Below are positions 40,244 to 50,854 of a DNA stretch of 64,000 nucleotides, one piece after another. Source of the DNA: an uncultured delta proteobacterium (lineage in GTDB: Bacteria; Desulfobacterota; Desulfobacteria; Desulfobacterales; JAHEIW01); assembly GCA_963706575.1 (NCBI GenBank), contig CAVPNL010000006.1, positions 128,001 through 192,000 of the forward strand. The letters run 5' to 3'. Position numbers and translations under genes: made by a program. Under the pieces are notes generated by a model, which did no database searches, was not told the DNA's origin, and was given only the letters and a program-made list of their open reading frames with translations. Position 1 is the first letter of the stretch. Each line of letters starts with the position of its first letter.

Positions 40244-40897
40244 TTATATTAGTGCTTCGATCTTGTACCCTTCTCCTAAAATTTTATAAAGCAGCGAATT
40301 TATTTCTTCTGTTTTACCCGCCTGCATTAACTGAATCAGATCACTGTCGATCAATTGATTAAATAATGCCTTGTGTGCCTCGGGTTCATGAGACTGGCTT
40401 AGCAGTTTTTGGCGGATGGCACCCATTAAAAGTAGAAAATCAGCATATTCCTGGCCGAACTGTGTTTCCAGTTTTTGCCGCAACTGTTTTGCCAGTGCCG
40501 GGCTTTTGCCGGATGTGGAGATGGTAATGACCAGATCTCCCCGGCGGACAATGGATGGCAGGATAAAATTGCAGACCTCGGGGCGATCGGCAATATTACA
40601 CAGGATATTTGCCTGATCGGCATCTTTGCTGACCTGACGATTTAAGGTTTCATCATCGGTGGCCCCGATAACCAGAAACATACCGCCTAAATCATCGCTT
40701 CGATAGGCGCGCTTTTTTAGCGCAACGGATCCCTCTGAAGCCAGCCGGGCCAACTGCGGTGTTGGATCGGGGCTGATAACCGTAACGCGGGCGCCGCATT
40801 CCAACAGGGTCTTGACCTTGCGGGTGCCCACTGCTCCCCCGCCGACAATCAGGCAATTGCGGTTTTTGATGTCGAGATGGATGGGGTAATACTTCAT
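40244..40897 (-). CDS. sirC: Precorrin-2 dehydrogenase / sirohydrochlorin ferrochelatase (SirC/Met8, CysG N-terminal type)
   Basis: YYPIHL, VGGGAVGTRK, NIADRPEVCNF, ISTSGKSPALA. Confidence 0.9.
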   Translation of the reverse strand: MKYYPIHLDIKNRNCLIVGGGAVGTRKVKTLLECGARVTVISPDPTPQLARLASEGSVALKKRAYRSDDLGGMFLVIGATDDETLNRQVSKDADQANILCNIADRPEVCNFILPSIVRRGDLVITISTSGKSPALAKQLRQKLETQFGQEYADFLLLMGAIRQKLLSQSHEPEAHKALFNQLIDSDLIQLMQAGKTEEINSLLYKILGEGYKIEALI

Positions 40898-40937
40898 GAT
40901 TTGAACCAATTAAACCAATTAAACGAATCTAATCAAT

Positions 40938-41726
40938 TCAACCGATTTCTATTTCCATTAAGTCCTCGGCTAGCACAATGGGACCGCTGTAAGTTTTGCG
41001 GCATTCGGCCTCGATGTCTTCTTCGTCACATTCCGGGTAAAAATGAGTTAAAATCAGCTTGCGAACTTCAGCCCTGGCGGCAAGATCGCCTGCCAAAGAC
41101 GGCGTCAGATGTCCTCTGACTCTGAGTTTGTCCGGGAGGGCACACTCACAGATCAGCAGATCCGCATCCTTTGCGAGATCGATGATTGTTTCACTGTAGT
41201 CTGTATCCCCGGTATACACGGCGGAAAATCCATCGGCGCTGATAATGCGGAAGGCTATGCTTTCTTCGTTGTGCTGCACCGGTGCGGTATATATCGCAAA
41301 ACCTTCAAATATAATCGTATCGGCATTTTTGTTGTCAAATTCGATGATCTCCAATAGGCCGGGAGCTAATTCAATCCACTGACCGTAGACGCCCTTCAAG
41401 CTTTCATAAAAATTCAGCAGGCCGCGGCCGCCGGCAACCGTCAGAGGGTTTTTCCGCCGGTCGCTGTCCGGATATTTGGTGGCAAAAATAAATGGAACGA
41501 ATTCGCTGGTATGGTCGGGATGAAAATGACTGTAAAAAATATGGGAAATATCAAAAATGGAGGTCCCCGCTTCCAGAAGCCGCCGCATGGTCCCGGGACC
41601 GGAATCAAATAATAATTTTGAAGCCCCCACCTGCATCAGAACAGAACACGAACTGCGCTTCAGGGACGGTACACAGGTCCCGGAGCCTAAAATTGTGACG
41701 TTTATGCCAGATTTGGTTCCAGCCAT
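40938..41726 (-). CDS. Metallo-beta-lactamase fold hydrolase (RNase Z-like)
   Basis: ILGSGT, SHFHPDH, YTGDT, HLTP, LTHFYP. Confidence 0.9.
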   Translation of the reverse strand: MAGTKSGINVTILGSGTCVPSLKRSSCSVLMQVGASKLLFDSGPGTMRRLLEAGTSIFDISHIFYSHFHPDHTSEFVPFIFATKYPDSDRRKNPLTVAGGRGLLNFYESLKGVYGQWIELAPGLLEIIEFDNKNADTIIFEGFAIYTAPVQHNEESIAFRIISADGFSAVYTGDTDYSETIIDLAKDADLLICECALPDKLRVRGHLTPSLAGDLAARAEVRKLILTHFYPECDEEDIEAECRKTYSGPIVLAEDLMEIEIG

Positions 41727-41786
41727 CTCTTATCAATCGGTTATGAACGAAATAATCTCTTTTGTGAACTGCAAAGCCTATAAAAA

Positions 41787-41917
41787 GTGATCTAAAGTTA
41801 CAAGTGACCTAAAGTGACTAAAGTTAAGGAATTCTATCATTTTTATAAAAAAGATGGAGCATAGCGACACCAAAACTTTAGGCACTTTAGCTCATTTTAG
41901 TTCATTTTAGTCACTTT
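41787..41917. repeat. Short-period palindrome (9-10-nt unit CTAAAGTGA)
   Basis: gtgacctaaagtgactaaagtt ... actttaggcactttagctcattttagttcattttagtcacttt. Confidence 0.8.
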
Positions 41918-41927
41918 TTGATTTTGG

Positions 41928-42917
41928 CTACTTCGGTTCGGCCCTGCGGGCCGTCCTACCAATAATCCACGATAGCACTCGATTGTCATCGTGCGTGTCC
42001 ACCTGCTCTTTTAGATCGCTGAGCGCAATTTCTGCCCGGGCCATGTTTTTATGGCCTCCGGCATTCCCCAGTTTTCCGAATCCTTCCTTGGCCACTTTGC
42101 CGGCGTTTTTTCGAATACCATCGTTTCGGAAAATAATGGTCAGTTTTTTATCACAAATACCGGATACAATACTCCAGGTGACGGTATTGACCCGCATAAA
42201 AAAATCGGCAATCAGCACACAAACGTCCGGATTCACCACACTGCCCAGGTGGACGTAGACCTTACCCTTTCGCCGGCGCATGTTTTGCAGGGCTATTTTA
42301 AAATATTTTAAAAGGTCGAATCGAAGGTCAACCTTCTCGATCTTGCGCGCAAGATGGATATTGGCGTGTCCTAATAAATATTGAAATGCGCGGACATCTT
42401 CGATCTGGGTTTGCCCCTTAAAGTCATTGGTGTCGGTTTTAATGCCATGATACAGGCCGGTCGCCAGCTTTGCCGAAGGTTTGATTTTTGCGGCCTGCAG
42501 ATATTCGGTCAAAATGGTGCAGGTGGCGCCGTAATGGGGTCGGATGTCTAAAAACGGTGCTTGGGCACCCGAATCCGGATGGTGGTCAATAATAACGGCC
42601 GGCTTTAGCTGAGCCAAGTCTTCATTGTGATCCGGCTGGGAATCCACCATAACCACCCGGCTGAATTGATCCACTTTAATTTCTTTAAAAGGAACCAGGC
42701 TGACATCCAGCAGCCGGATCATGGCCAGGTTGTCGGGCCGATTGATGGTGTTGATGTGAGAAATGGTCACATTTAGCACCTTGCGCCACAGCAGGCGGCT
42801 GATAGCCATTGAACTGGCGATCGCATCCGGATCGGCATTGATCACAATCAGCACGTGATCGTTGCCCGAAAACTGATCGTAGAATCGGCGGAGTTTTTCA
42901 GGTATAGATCGGCTCAT
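41928..42917 (-). CDS. DHH-family phosphoesterase
   Basis: ADPDAIAS, VDS, IDHH, GIKTDT, AGGH. Confidence 0.9.
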   Translation of the reverse strand: MSRSIPEKLRRFYDQFSGNDHVLIVINADPDAIASSMAISRLLWRKVLNVTISHINTINRPDNLAMIRLLDVSLVPFKEIKVDQFSRVVMVDSQPDHNEDLAQLKPAVIIDHHPDSGAQAPFLDIRPHYGATCTILTEYLQAAKIKPSAKLATGLYHGIKTDTNDFKGQTQIEDVRAFQYLLGHANIHLARKIEKVDLRFDLLKYFKIALQNMRRRKGKVYVHLGSVVNPDVCVLIADFFMRVNTVTWSIVSGICDKKLTIIFRNDGIRKNAGKVAKEGFGKLGNAGGHKNMARAEIALSDLKEQVDTHDDNRVLSWIIGRTARRAEPK

Positions 42918-43001
42918 AAGAAATTGATATCCAAGGGTAAATGCCGGGATATTACGATGTGTTAGCTGAGATTACAATAGGATTTTCAAATAAAGTACGA
43001 A

Positions 43002-43027
43002 AGCCCGGCTCCTAAAAAAGCCGGGCT
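43002..43027 (-). terminator. Intrinsic terminator after clpB
   Basis: agcccggct-loop-agccgggct 20 nt past the clpB stop. Confidence 0.6.
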
Positions 43028-43047
43028 CGTTAAGGCTGTATTGCCAT

Positions 43048-45636
43048 CTATACGATTTTAAAAACGATTTTATCTCCCTCAGCTTCAGCATTTACGCGGT
43101 CACCATCAGAAATTTTGCCCTCGAGGATTTCCAGAGACAACGGATTTTCGATATATTGCTGGATGACCCGTTTTAACGGCCGTGCGCCATAGACTGGATC
43201 ATAACCTTTTTCGGCAATCAGCGCTTTTGAGCTATCTGATAATATAAGCTCGATATTTTTGTCGGCAAGACGCTGGCCCAGCCGGCCCATCTGGATGTCG
43301 ACGATTTTGACGATTTCATCCGCTGTCAGGTTCTGGAATATGATAATTTCATCGATACGATTTAAAAATTCCGGCTTGAAGCTGGCACGCAGAGCCTCGG
43401 TCACCCGGGTTTCCAGTTCCTCACGGTCAGACCCGGCCAGCGTCTGAATCCACTGACTGCCCACATTGGATGTCATAATCACAATCGTATTCTTAAAATC
43501 AACCGTACGGCCATGGCCGTCGGTCATGCGCCCGTCGTCCAGAATCTGCAGCATCACGTTAAAGACTTCCGGGTGCGCTTTTTCAATTTCGTCAAACAGC
43601 ACCACCGAATACGGTCGACGGCGGACCGCTTCCGTCAGGTAGCCGCCTTCTTCATATCCCACATACCCGGGAGGGGCACCGATCAGCCGGGCAACGGAAT
43701 GCTTTTCCATGTACTCCGACATATCGACTCGAACGATGGCCTGTTCGCTGTCAAAAATAAATTCCGCCAGCGCTTTGGCCAGCTCGGTTTTACCGACCCC
43801 GGTCGGCCCCATGAAGATAAATGACCCGATGGGCCGGTTGGGATCCTGCAGCCCCGAACGGGCGCGGCGAACGGCGTTGGACACGGCTGAGACCGCCTCT
43901 TCCTGGCCGATCACCCGCTTGTGTAGCCGGCTTTCCATTTGTACCAGCTTATCTTTTTCACCTTCAAGCATTTTACTCACCGGTATCCCGGTCCAACGGG
44001 AAACAACATCGGCCACATCCTCATCATCGACTTCTTCTTTGAGCATTTTGCTGGCCTGCTGAAGCTCAGAAAGTTTTTGGTTGGCTTCCTCCAGTTGTTT
44101 TTCAAGCTCCAGGGCGTTGCCGTATCGGATCTCCGCCACCCGGGCCAGATTGCCCTCTCTTTCCGCCAACTGGGCCTCGGTGCCCAAATGTTCCTGATCT
44201 TCTTTGATTTTGCGTATCGTCTGGATCAGATCTTTTTCATTTTGCCAGTGGCCTTTCATGCGCATCAGCTCATCATTCAGGTCGGCCAGCTCGGCTTCCA
44301 GTTTTTTCAGTCGTTCTTTGGAAGCCGGGTCCGTTTCCTTTTTCAAAGCCTGGCGCTCGATCTCGGACTGGGTGATTTTGCGTTGGATTTCATCAATTTC
44401 AGCCGGCATGCTGTCAATTTCAATTCTCAGTTTGGAGGCGCATTCATCAATTAAGTCAATGGCTTTGTCCGGCAAAAAGCGATCGGCAATGTAGCGATGA
44501 GAAAGGGTGGCCGCCGCCACAATGGCCGAATCTTTGATGCGAACGCCGTGATGGATTTCATATTTTTCTTTCAAGCCCCGCAAAATCGAGATGGTGTCTT
44601 CCACGCTGGGTTCTCCCACCCGTACGGGCTGAAACCGGCGTTCCAGGGCGGCATCTTTTTCAATATATTTGCGATATTCGTTGAGGGTCGTTGCCCCCAC
44701 GCATCGCAGGGTGCCTCGGGCCAGGGCAGGTTTGAGCATGTTGGATGCATCGACGGCACCCTCTGCAGCGCCGGCACCCACCACCGTATGAAGTTCATCG
44801 ATAAAAAGGATAATCTCACCTTCTGCGGTTTCGACCTCTTTTAGTACCGCTTTAAGCCGGTCTTCAAATTCACCCCGGTATTTGGCACCGGCAATCAGGG
44901 CCCCCATATCAAGGGCGACCAGCCGTCGGTTTTTCAAAGTTTCGGAAACATCACCTTCCACGATTCGCTGTGCCAGACCTTCAACAATGGCGGTTTTGCC
45001 GACACCCGGTTCTCCGATTAAAACCGGATTGTTCTTCGTGCGCCGGGAAAGTACCTGAACAATGCGGCGGATTTCTTCGTCCCGGCCGATGACCGGATCC
45101 AATTTGCCCAGCCGCGCCAGATCGGTCAGGTCGCGGCTGAATTTTTCCAGGGCCTGGTATTTGTCTTCCGGATTGGGATCGGTGATGCGCTGTTTTCCTC
45201 TTATTTCTTTTAAAACACTCAGTATGGAATCCCGTGTAACCCCTGCCTGAGACAAAATTTTTGCAGCTTCACTGCTTTTTTCGTCAGCGATCGCCAAAAA
45301 TATATGCTCGATGCTGACATATTCGTCCTTCATCTTGGTTGCTTGCGCAAATGCCGCTTCCAGGACGGCTTTACTCCTGGGCGAAATATAGACCTCTCCG
45401 GTTCCAGCACCGCTAACACCGGGAAGCCGGGCAACTGCCGCATTGACTTGCTGAGCGATTTCGCCTGGAGAGACCCCCAGTTTGCGCAGCATGGCACCGG
45501 CGATGCCGCTGGTTTCAGCGAGCATCGCAGCCAGCAGATGCTCAGGTTCAATCTGGTGGTTATGGTGCTGTGAGGCCAGTGCCTGGGCATTCTGTATAAG
45601 CTCTTGAGATTTTATGGTAAATTTATCAAAGCGCAT
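43048..45636 (-). CDS. clpB: ATP-dependent chaperone ClpB
   Basis: Two AAA+ modules ([16 protein letters not shown]), middle coiled coil, GARPLKR. Confidence 0.97.
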   Translation of the reverse strand: MRFDKFTIKSQELIQNAQALASQHHNHQIEPEHLLAAMLAETSGIAGAMLRKLGVSPGEIAQQVNAAVARLPGVSGAGTGEVYISPRSKAVLEAAFAQATKMKDEYVSIEHIFLAIADEKSSEAAKILSQAGVTRDSILSVLKEIRGKQRITDPNPEDKYQALEKFSRDLTDLARLGKLDPVIGRDEEIRRIVQVLSRRTKNNPVLIGEPGVGKTAIVEGLAQRIVEGDVSETLKNRRLVALDMGALIAGAKYRGEFEDRLKAVLKEVETAEGEIILFIDELHTVVGAGAAEGAVDASNMLKPALARGTLRCVGATTLNEYRKYIEKDAALERRFQPVRVGEPSVEDTISILRGLKEKYEIHHGVRIKDSAIVAAATLSHRYIADRFLPDKAIDLIDECASKLRIEIDSMPAEIDEIQRKITQSEIERQALKKETDPASKERLKKLEAELADLNDELMRMKGHWQNEKDLIQTIRKIKEDQEHLGTEAQLAEREGNLARVAEIRYGNALELEKQLEEANQKLSELQQASKMLKEEVDDEDVADVVSRWTGIPVSKMLEGEKDKLVQMESRLHKRVIGQEEAVSAVSNAVRRARSGLQDPNRPIGSFIFMGPTGVGKTELAKALAEFIFDSEQAIVRVDMSEYMEKHSVARLIGAPPGYVGYEEGGYLTEAVRRRPYSVVLFDEIEKAHPEVFNVMLQILDDGRMTDGHGRTVDFKNTIVIMTSNVGSQWIQTLAGSDREELETRVTEALRASFKPEFLNRIDEIIIFQNLTADEIVKIVDIQMGRLGQRLADKNIELILSDSSKALIAEKGYDPVYGARPLKRVIQQYIENPLSLEILEGKISDGDRVNAEAEGDKIVFKIV

Positions 45637-45714
45637 TTATTATTGGTCCTCCCTTAAACGCAGATTATATTATGATTCTAAAATAATCGCATTACTAATT
45701 ATGTCAATAGGAAA

Positions 45715-45845
45715 ATAGTAATGGAGCGAATAAAATTTCGGAATGCAGATTTCGGATTGCGGATTTAAAATGCGCGACACAATAGATATTTCAATCTGCA
45801 ATCCGCAATCTAAAATCCGCAATTGATTTTACTCCAATACTCCGA
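45715..45845. repeat. Nested short-period palindromes (7-nt unit ATTGCGG inside TACTCCA-type arms)
   Basis: atttcggaatgcagatttcggattgcggattt / aatctgcaatccgcaatctaaaatccgcaatt; outer tactccaatactcc. Confidence 0.75.
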
Positions 45846-45872
45846 TTTTAAATATATCATAGATAAAAGTAT

Positions 45873-46391
45873 TTATTCAACTAACGGCCAGGCATGAAAA
45901 GGCGCAGCTGACCGCAGGCTTTCGTAAAGGGCAATAGCGGCAGCCGTGGAAAGATTTAATGAACGTATATTTTTGGTAATGGGAATATGGTAGGTGGCCT
46001 CCGGATACCTTTCTAGAATGCTTGCGGGGAGCCCGCGGGTCTCGGAGCCGAAGATCAGAAACAGCCGCGTCGGTGACGGCATGGACCAGAAAGACCGCTT
46101 TCCGCTTTTTGAAAAGATGGCCACCTCATGCTGGCGGGGCGCCAGGTTGGAATGCAGATCGTCAAAATTTTCCCAGACACCTAGTTTCACTTTTTTCCAG
46201 TAGTCTAAACCGGCCCGCTTTACTTCCTTGCTGTCCAGCGAAAACCCCAGCGGCCCGATAAGATGCAGATGGCTTCCGGTGGCCACACACGTGCGGCCGA
46301 TATTGCCGGTGTTCCAATGGATCTCCGGTGAGACGAGAACGACGTGCCTCTCAAGTCGTTGGTCCTCGGTTATTGTGAGATCATTATTCAT
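45873..46391 (-). CDS. trmL: tRNA (cytidine(34)-2'-O)-methyltransferase, SpoU family
   Basis: PEIHWNTGNIGRTC, RAGLDYW, FGSETRGLP, RSLNLS. Confidence 0.93.
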   Translation of the reverse strand: MNNDLTITEDQRLERHVVLVSPEIHWNTGNIGRTCVATGSHLHLIGPLGFSLDSKEVKRAGLDYWKKVKLGVWENFDDLHSNLAPRQHEVAIFSKSGKRSFWSMPSPTRLFLIFGSETRGLPASILERYPEATYHIPITKNIRSLNLSTAAAIALYESLRSAAPFHAWPLVE

Positions 46392-46428
46392 TAGGGTGGT
46401 GACTCTATCTATTCTAATTTCATCCTCA

Positions 46429-46523
46429 GGTTGACTGGTTAAATAGTTGATTGGTCAAATTGTCAACGGATCTAATCTTTTTAGCCTTATTTTACCATTT
46501 AACAAATCAACGAATTAACCAAT
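46429..46523. repeat. Short-period palindrome (TTGA(C/T)TGG / AACCAATC type)
   Basis: ggttgactggttaaatagttgattggtcaaat / atttaacaaatcaacgaattaaccaatc. Confidence 0.65.
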
Positions 46524-46840
46524 CACATTCGTTTCCCGCAATACGGACAGAATTTAAAATCGCCGGCGACGCCTTGACCACAATTTTTGCACCGGCTGGC
46601 CTCTTCCGGTTGCTGCCGGTCGACATCCGGCCCAAGCCCGTGGCCGGCCTGCTCACAGTGGTCGCATATGATAAATGGCTTCCCTTTTTTGACTCTGAAT
46701 ATCGGAATAAAAAACAGGCTGAGGTAGTGGTCGGTGCGCTTGTAATACGCCTGATGCAAGCCGCAAACCGGACATCGGCGTGGATTTTGATCCAGAACTT
46801 TTATTTTGGGTGCAACACCGGCGATGAAGATCATTTTCAA
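46523..46840 (-). CDS. Zinc-ribbon domain protein
   Basis: CPVC, LFFIP, CDHC, CKNC, CPYCG. Confidence 0.85.
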   Translation of the reverse strand: MKMIFIAGVAPKIKVLDQNPRRCPVCGLHQAYYKRTDHYLSLFFIPIFRVKKGKPFIICDHCEQAGHGLGPDVDRQQPEEASRCKNCGQGVAGDFKFCPYCGKRM

Positions 46841-46915
46841 ATGTTCATAGGTTCAGAGTTCTAATTAATGGTCAGTTGTTTTTCACTGGCGCAGAGGGCT
46901 TTATTATTAGTTAGA

Positions 46916-46985
46916 TTTGTTTTATTTGTTTAATTGGTTCTATTGGTTGGTTATAGCCGAACGAATTGAACCAATTAAACAATTG
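46916..46985. repeat. Short-period palindrome (9-nt unit AACCAATTA); a related single arm lies at 40901-40943
   Basis: ttgtttaattggttctattggtt / aacgaattgaaccaattaaacaa. Confidence 0.7.
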
Positions 46986-47025
46986 GACGGGGCCATCCAT
47001 GATATTTGCCAATATGATTGGCCGT

Positions 47026-47589
47026 TTAGAAGCTTCTCGGTTTGCAAACTACCTCCCGGATGCGCATATCAAAAAAATTGTTCTGGTGCGCCGGCTTAAG
47101 CACCAGGGCGGCATCGGCACCGTGGCCGGAGCCGCCGATGGAAATAATATCATTGCCGGTCAGGGCGCCGGCGTCTGCCGCCATCACTGCGACTTCTACC
47201 GCAACTTTGGTGCCCTGGCCAAAGAGCCGTAAGGTGTCGGCCATAATTAAGACCGGATACACCCCGGAATGCTTTTTAGCTATCGAGCGTTCAACACCGG
47301 AGAGCGCATGGCTGGCGGCGACCACCGTTATCGCTTTGCTTTGCAGGTCGGCTTTGACATCGGCACTCATTGCGTTTTTGAATGGCGCCTTAAATCCGCT
47401 ATGGTAGGTTACAGCCGTTATGCGGCAGCCGTTGAAAATTTCGATGGCCTTGTAAGCCGTAAAGCCTGTCGTTGATGCCACCACCACCTCGTTTATTGAC
47501 AGTTCTTTTGCCCTTTGCGCGGCAAGTGTCAGGGTCTGGTCTGTGTTGTCTTTTCCGGGTCTGTCAAAATACATATCTGTCTCCTCCAT
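47026..47589 (-). CDS. Pyruvate-kinase C-terminal-like domain protein (MTH1675-like)
   Basis: YFDRPGKDNT, VVASTTG, HALSGVER, FGQGTKVAVE, MAADAG. Confidence 0.85.
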   Translation of the reverse strand: MEETDMYFDRPGKDNTDQTLTLAAQRAKELSINEVVVASTTGFTAYKAIEIFNGCRITAVTYHSGFKAPFKNAMSADVKADLQSKAITVVAASHALSGVERSIAKKHSGVYPVLIMADTLRLFGQGTKVAVEVAVMAADAGALTGNDIISIGGSGHGADAALVLKPAHQNNFFDMRIREVVCKPRSF

Positions 47590-47651
47590 TCCTTGTCGTT
47601 ACGGTGGTTTGATATTCATTGGACATCATATCGGAAATCACCATCCAGTCA

Positions 47652-47808
47652 ATAGAAGTGGTCTCAAAACCCCATCTAATGTCCGATAGCTGCGTTCCAA
47701 GCCTCTTTAAAATGCTCACATACTTGCATGTATGCTGAGAACAACGACTTTTTCATCGGCTTGTGCCTTGCTCTCGAACATGATCTGAGGCTTTGAGACC
47801 ACTTCTAT
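47652..47808. mobile_element. ERIC-like MITE / structured repeat, copy 2
   Basis: 17-bp TIR atagaagtggtctcaaa; internal sequence homologous to 30811-30954. Confidence 0.75.
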
Positions 47809-48033
47809 AACTTATCTCAAAAATAGAAGGTTTAAATTTTGATGTCGAATTGATTGAAGTTGGCTAATATGCCGCTGAAAAATTGAGGGGTGCTGCTGTC
47901 AGGAACCTTCGGGGCGGGAAGGCGGACCGTTTGTAAATGAACTTTAGCGTATACTTAAAACTCTAGAATGTGTCTGGAAAGGCAGGATATCCATTCATTT
48001 TACTGCTAAATTCAGATATGAACAACCGGCAAG

Positions 48034-48396
48034 TTAGCCCTGATTTGATTCATTTTGAAAAGATTCAAGCAAATGCAGATCATCAAACAGGAGTTCTTTG
48101 GAAAGGCTGTTGTTTTTTCCGTAGATTTCCATAACGGTGTCGGCAATAATACCGACATAGGTGCTGATCGGATACAAATTATCCGTTCGCAATGCGCCAA
48201 CCAGGGCTTCCTTACCCTGTGATATCGCCTTTTTGATGGTCTTGTCCTCATAGGATTCAATACACAGCAGGGTAAAGTCGTCCTTGGCTAAAGCACTGAT
48301 CTCGTGTCTTTTTAAATTGCCGGAAATTACTGCATATTCCTCGATGGTCAATTCACTTGTCTTTTCGTCGCGGGAAATAAGATATCGTTGTTTCAT
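48034..48396 (-). CDS. Hypothetical protein
   Basis: 120-aa ORF with GGAG RBS; no recognised motif. Confidence 0.7.
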   Translation of the reverse strand: MKQRYLISRDEKTSELTIEEYAVISGNLKRHEISALAKDDFTLLCIESYEDKTIKKAISQGKEALVGALRTDNLYPISTYVGIIADTVMEIYGKNNSLSKELLFDDLHLLESFQNESNQG

Positions 48397-48413
48397 GTTT
48401 CTCCAATTAAGGT

Positions 48414-48447
48414 AAAAAAGGCAGGGCCCTGTCTGACCCTGCCTTTT
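48414..48447 (-). terminator. Intrinsic terminator after csp
   Basis: aaaaggcaggg / ccctgcctttt stem followed by T6 on the minus strand. Confidence 0.75.
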
Positions 48448-48474
48448 GGTTAATAAAGCGAAGGCAGCGAAAAA

Positions 48475-48675
48475 TCAAATTCGCTTGACTTTGATCGCCT
48501 GTTTGCCTCTCTGGGTCTCCTTTGTTTCAAATGAAACGCGGTCATCGCTTCGCAACGTAAAAAAACCGTGGTCTTCGATGCCGCTACTGTGTACAAAGAT
48601 ATCACCATCTTCATCGGATTCGATAAAACCGTATCCTTTTTTTTCGTTATACCATTTGATACGACCTTCAACCAT
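48475..48675 (-). CDS. Cold-shock domain protein
   Basis: GRIKWYNEKKGYGFI (RNP1), DIFVHSS (RNP2); AGGAGG RBS. Confidence 0.95.
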   Translation of the reverse strand: MVEGRIKWYNEKKGYGFIESDEDGDIFVHSSGIEDHGFFTLRSDDRVSFETKETQRGKQAIKVKRI

Positions 48676-48894
48676 AGATGAAATCCTCCTTAAAGTTAAT
48701 CATCTGTACGATTTCTTGGGAGGTCACCTCAAAAAGGGCCAGGAAGGCCTTTGGCAGAAATTTGTTAATTTGGAAATCTGCCTAAGCTCGGATCCAAAAA
48801 TTAATTCCCAGAAAGTGTACAAAATTTTCATTTCACACGCATGAAGCTCACTCTTCGTATCATCAAATAGCGTTCTCCACAAGCATTTTATTCG

Positions 48895-49052
48895 CCTTCG
48901 CCGGAGCTCTGACAGCAAAGGCAAGGCGCACCGCGCCGTAGCGCGTTAGAGCGCCCGCCCTCCGTCCCGCCTCGGCGGAATTGCGGAGGATGGAAAGGCG
49001 GGTTCCGCCCTGGCCCCCCCGTATTACCCTGGCGGCACGAGGTGAGCTTCGT
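48895..49052 (-). other. GC-rich structured element upstream of csp (candidate ncRNA or repeat)
   Basis: Nested stems ggagctc/gagcttc, cccgcc/ggcggg, ctccg/cggag; cgcgc-hairpin with a cUACGg loop on the minus strand. Confidence 0.45.
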
Positions 49053-49281
49053 TTTAAGGCCATAGGGTTGAAGCGTTTCTATAAAGAAGGCCGATTGAAA
49101 GCAAATTAAGAAATATATTGGCAGGTTTGATCTTTTTCAGTATGATGCCGCGGCTGACAGGGTAAGGATTAAAGAATCTTGCTATAATGTGTTGATTTGA
49201 TCGGTGAAATAATTATATAGTAATAGTCTGTATGTCTGCACTTGCGCGGCTGCTAGAACTTATTTATTAGAGGGGTTTGTA

Positions 49282-49617
49282 ATGGAGATCAGTCAAAAAG
49301 AGGAAAAAGGGATTGTTTTTCTGGCCTTTAAAGGCCGTTTGGATGGCAAATCTGCGTTTGAGGCCGAGCAAACCGTTAAAAACATCCTGAAAGATGAAAA
49401 TACCCGGCTCCTTTTCGATCTGGAGTTTCTTGAATATCTAAGCAGTGCTGGATTGAGGGTAATTTTGGGTGCGGCAAAAGAAATGAAACGCAGAGACGGC
49501 AAATTTGTTCTCTGTGCACTGAATGCTTACGTGAAGGAAGTGTTTGAGGTCAGCGGATTCGGCACCATTATTCCCATTGCGGAATCTGTTGAAGCTGGCA
49601 TAAAAGAAATAGCTTAG
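49282..49617 (+). CDS. STAS anti-sigma factor antagonist
   Basis: KGRLD, LEYLSSAGLR, VKEVFEVSGF. Confidence 0.93.
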   Translation: MEISQKEEKGIVFLAFKGRLDGKSAFEAEQTVKNILKDENTRLLFDLEFLEYLSSAGLRVILGAAKEMKRRDGKFVLCALNAYVKEVFEVSGFGTIIPIAESVEAGIKEIA

Positions 49618-49647
49618 GGTTTACTAAATTGATTTAAAGATTGACTG

Positions 49648-50796
49648 ATGTCAGACATTAATAACGAAAATGAAGCTTTGCTGCTGGTTGACGACAATCC
49701 AACAAATCTGCAGGTGCTCTATCAAACCCTTGAAACCACGGGCTGTAAACTGTTGGTGGCCAAAAACGGTGAAACCGCGTTGGCCATTGCGCAAAAGGCC
49801 TCCCCCGATCTGATCCTGCTGGATATCATGATGCCCGGAATCGATGGGTTTGAGGTCTGCCGCCGCTTAAAAGATAATCCGGATACCGCCAACATTCCGG
49901 TAATTTTTCTTTCAGCACTCACCGACACAAAAGACAAGGTCCAAGGGCTGCAGCTGGGAGCGGTTGACTATGTTTCCAAACCGTTTCAGCCGGACGAGGT
50001 CATCGCGCGGGTAAACACCCACCTGACCATCCATCGGCTCAAACGGGAAGTCGAACAAAAGAAAGATGCGCTCGAAGATGAGCTCGAGGCCGCCTCCGAT
50101 GTCCAACGCCGGCTGCTGCCCAAGAATCTGCCTGAAATTTCTGGCCTAAAACTCGCTGTTCATTATGAAACCAGTCTTTATGCCGGTGGTGATTATTACG
50201 ATATTGCCAAAATAGCGGATAATCAGTGGGGCTTTCTGGTGGCCGATGCCGAGGGCCACAGTGCACCGGCGGCTGTTATGATGGCCATGACCTGTGCGCT
50301 TTTCCGTTCATATCCGGAACCGCCCGCAGAACCCGGAGAGCTGTTATACTTTTTAAATAAACATCTTTGTAAAGTTGCCGACCCCAGCTTCGTTACCGCT
50401 TTATATGTTGTTTACGATGCCGAGCACCATCGTTTAAAAATTGCACGCGCCGGGCACCCTCCACCGATGATCTACCGATCTGCCGAGAAAAGAGCCAGCG
50501 AGTATACGTGCGGTGGTGTGTTTCCATTGGGAATTGATCCCTATGAGCAGGTGCCGGTGACCGAAGCCGAATTGCAGCCGGGCGACCGTGTTCTGATGTA
50601 TACCGATGGGATTACCGAGCGCTTTAGCATAGACGGAGAAACTTACGGAGAAGAGCGTCTACTGCGGCAGTTGGAGGGCGACGGGAATCTTCAGCCAGAT
50701 GAGCTGCTCGCTGCGATCATGAAAGATGTAGACGATTTTGCCAATGGGCGTCCGGCCGATGATGATCAGGCGCTTCTTTTAGGTGTTGTAAGATAG
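49648..50796 (+). CDS. Response regulator with SpoIIE/PP2C phosphatase output (RsbU/RsbY-like)
   Basis: REC (VDDNP, LDIMMP, KPF) + GGDYYD, ADAEGH, AGHP, YTDG, DDQ. Confidence 0.93.
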   Translation: MSDINNENEALLLVDDNPTNLQVLYQTLETTGCKLLVAKNGETALAIAQKASPDLILLDIMMPGIDGFEVCRRLKDNPDTANIPVIFLSALTDTKDKVQGLQLGAVDYVSKPFQPDEVIARVNTHLTIHRLKREVEQKKDALEDELEAASDVQRRLLPKNLPEISGLKLAVHYETSLYAGGDYYDIAKIADNQWGFLVADAEGHSAPAAVMMAMTCALFRSYPEPPAEPGELLYFLNKHLCKVADPSFVTALYVVYDAEHHRLKIARAGHPPPMIYRSAEKRASEYTCGGVFPLGIDPYEQVPVTEAELQPGDRVLMYTDGITERFSIDGETYGEERLLRQLEGDGNLQPDELLAAIMKDVDDFANGRPADDDQALLLGVVR

Positions 50797-50854
50797 GTCT
50801 TTAGAAAGACTCCTGCCCAATTCTTGCTCTCTATTATGACCCAAATTATATCTT

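Noticed and set aside
41787..41917. Short tandem repeats as a CRISPR array
   Set aside because: Units are 7-10 nt with no unique spacers and no cas genes; the same applies to the other short-period repeats
45637..45715. CIRCE or HAIR heat-shock operator upstream of clpB
   Set aside because: Neither TTAGCACTC-N9-GAGTGCTAA nor CTTGAGT-N7-ACTCAAG is present; only a TTGACA -35-like hexamer
33890..49052. Apparent shared motif GGGCGCTC(C)TAA-hairpin-TGC...GCTCC between the rnc-downstream and csp-upstream elements
   Set aside because: The match needs opposite orientations relative to their UNCG loops and is short; may be chance
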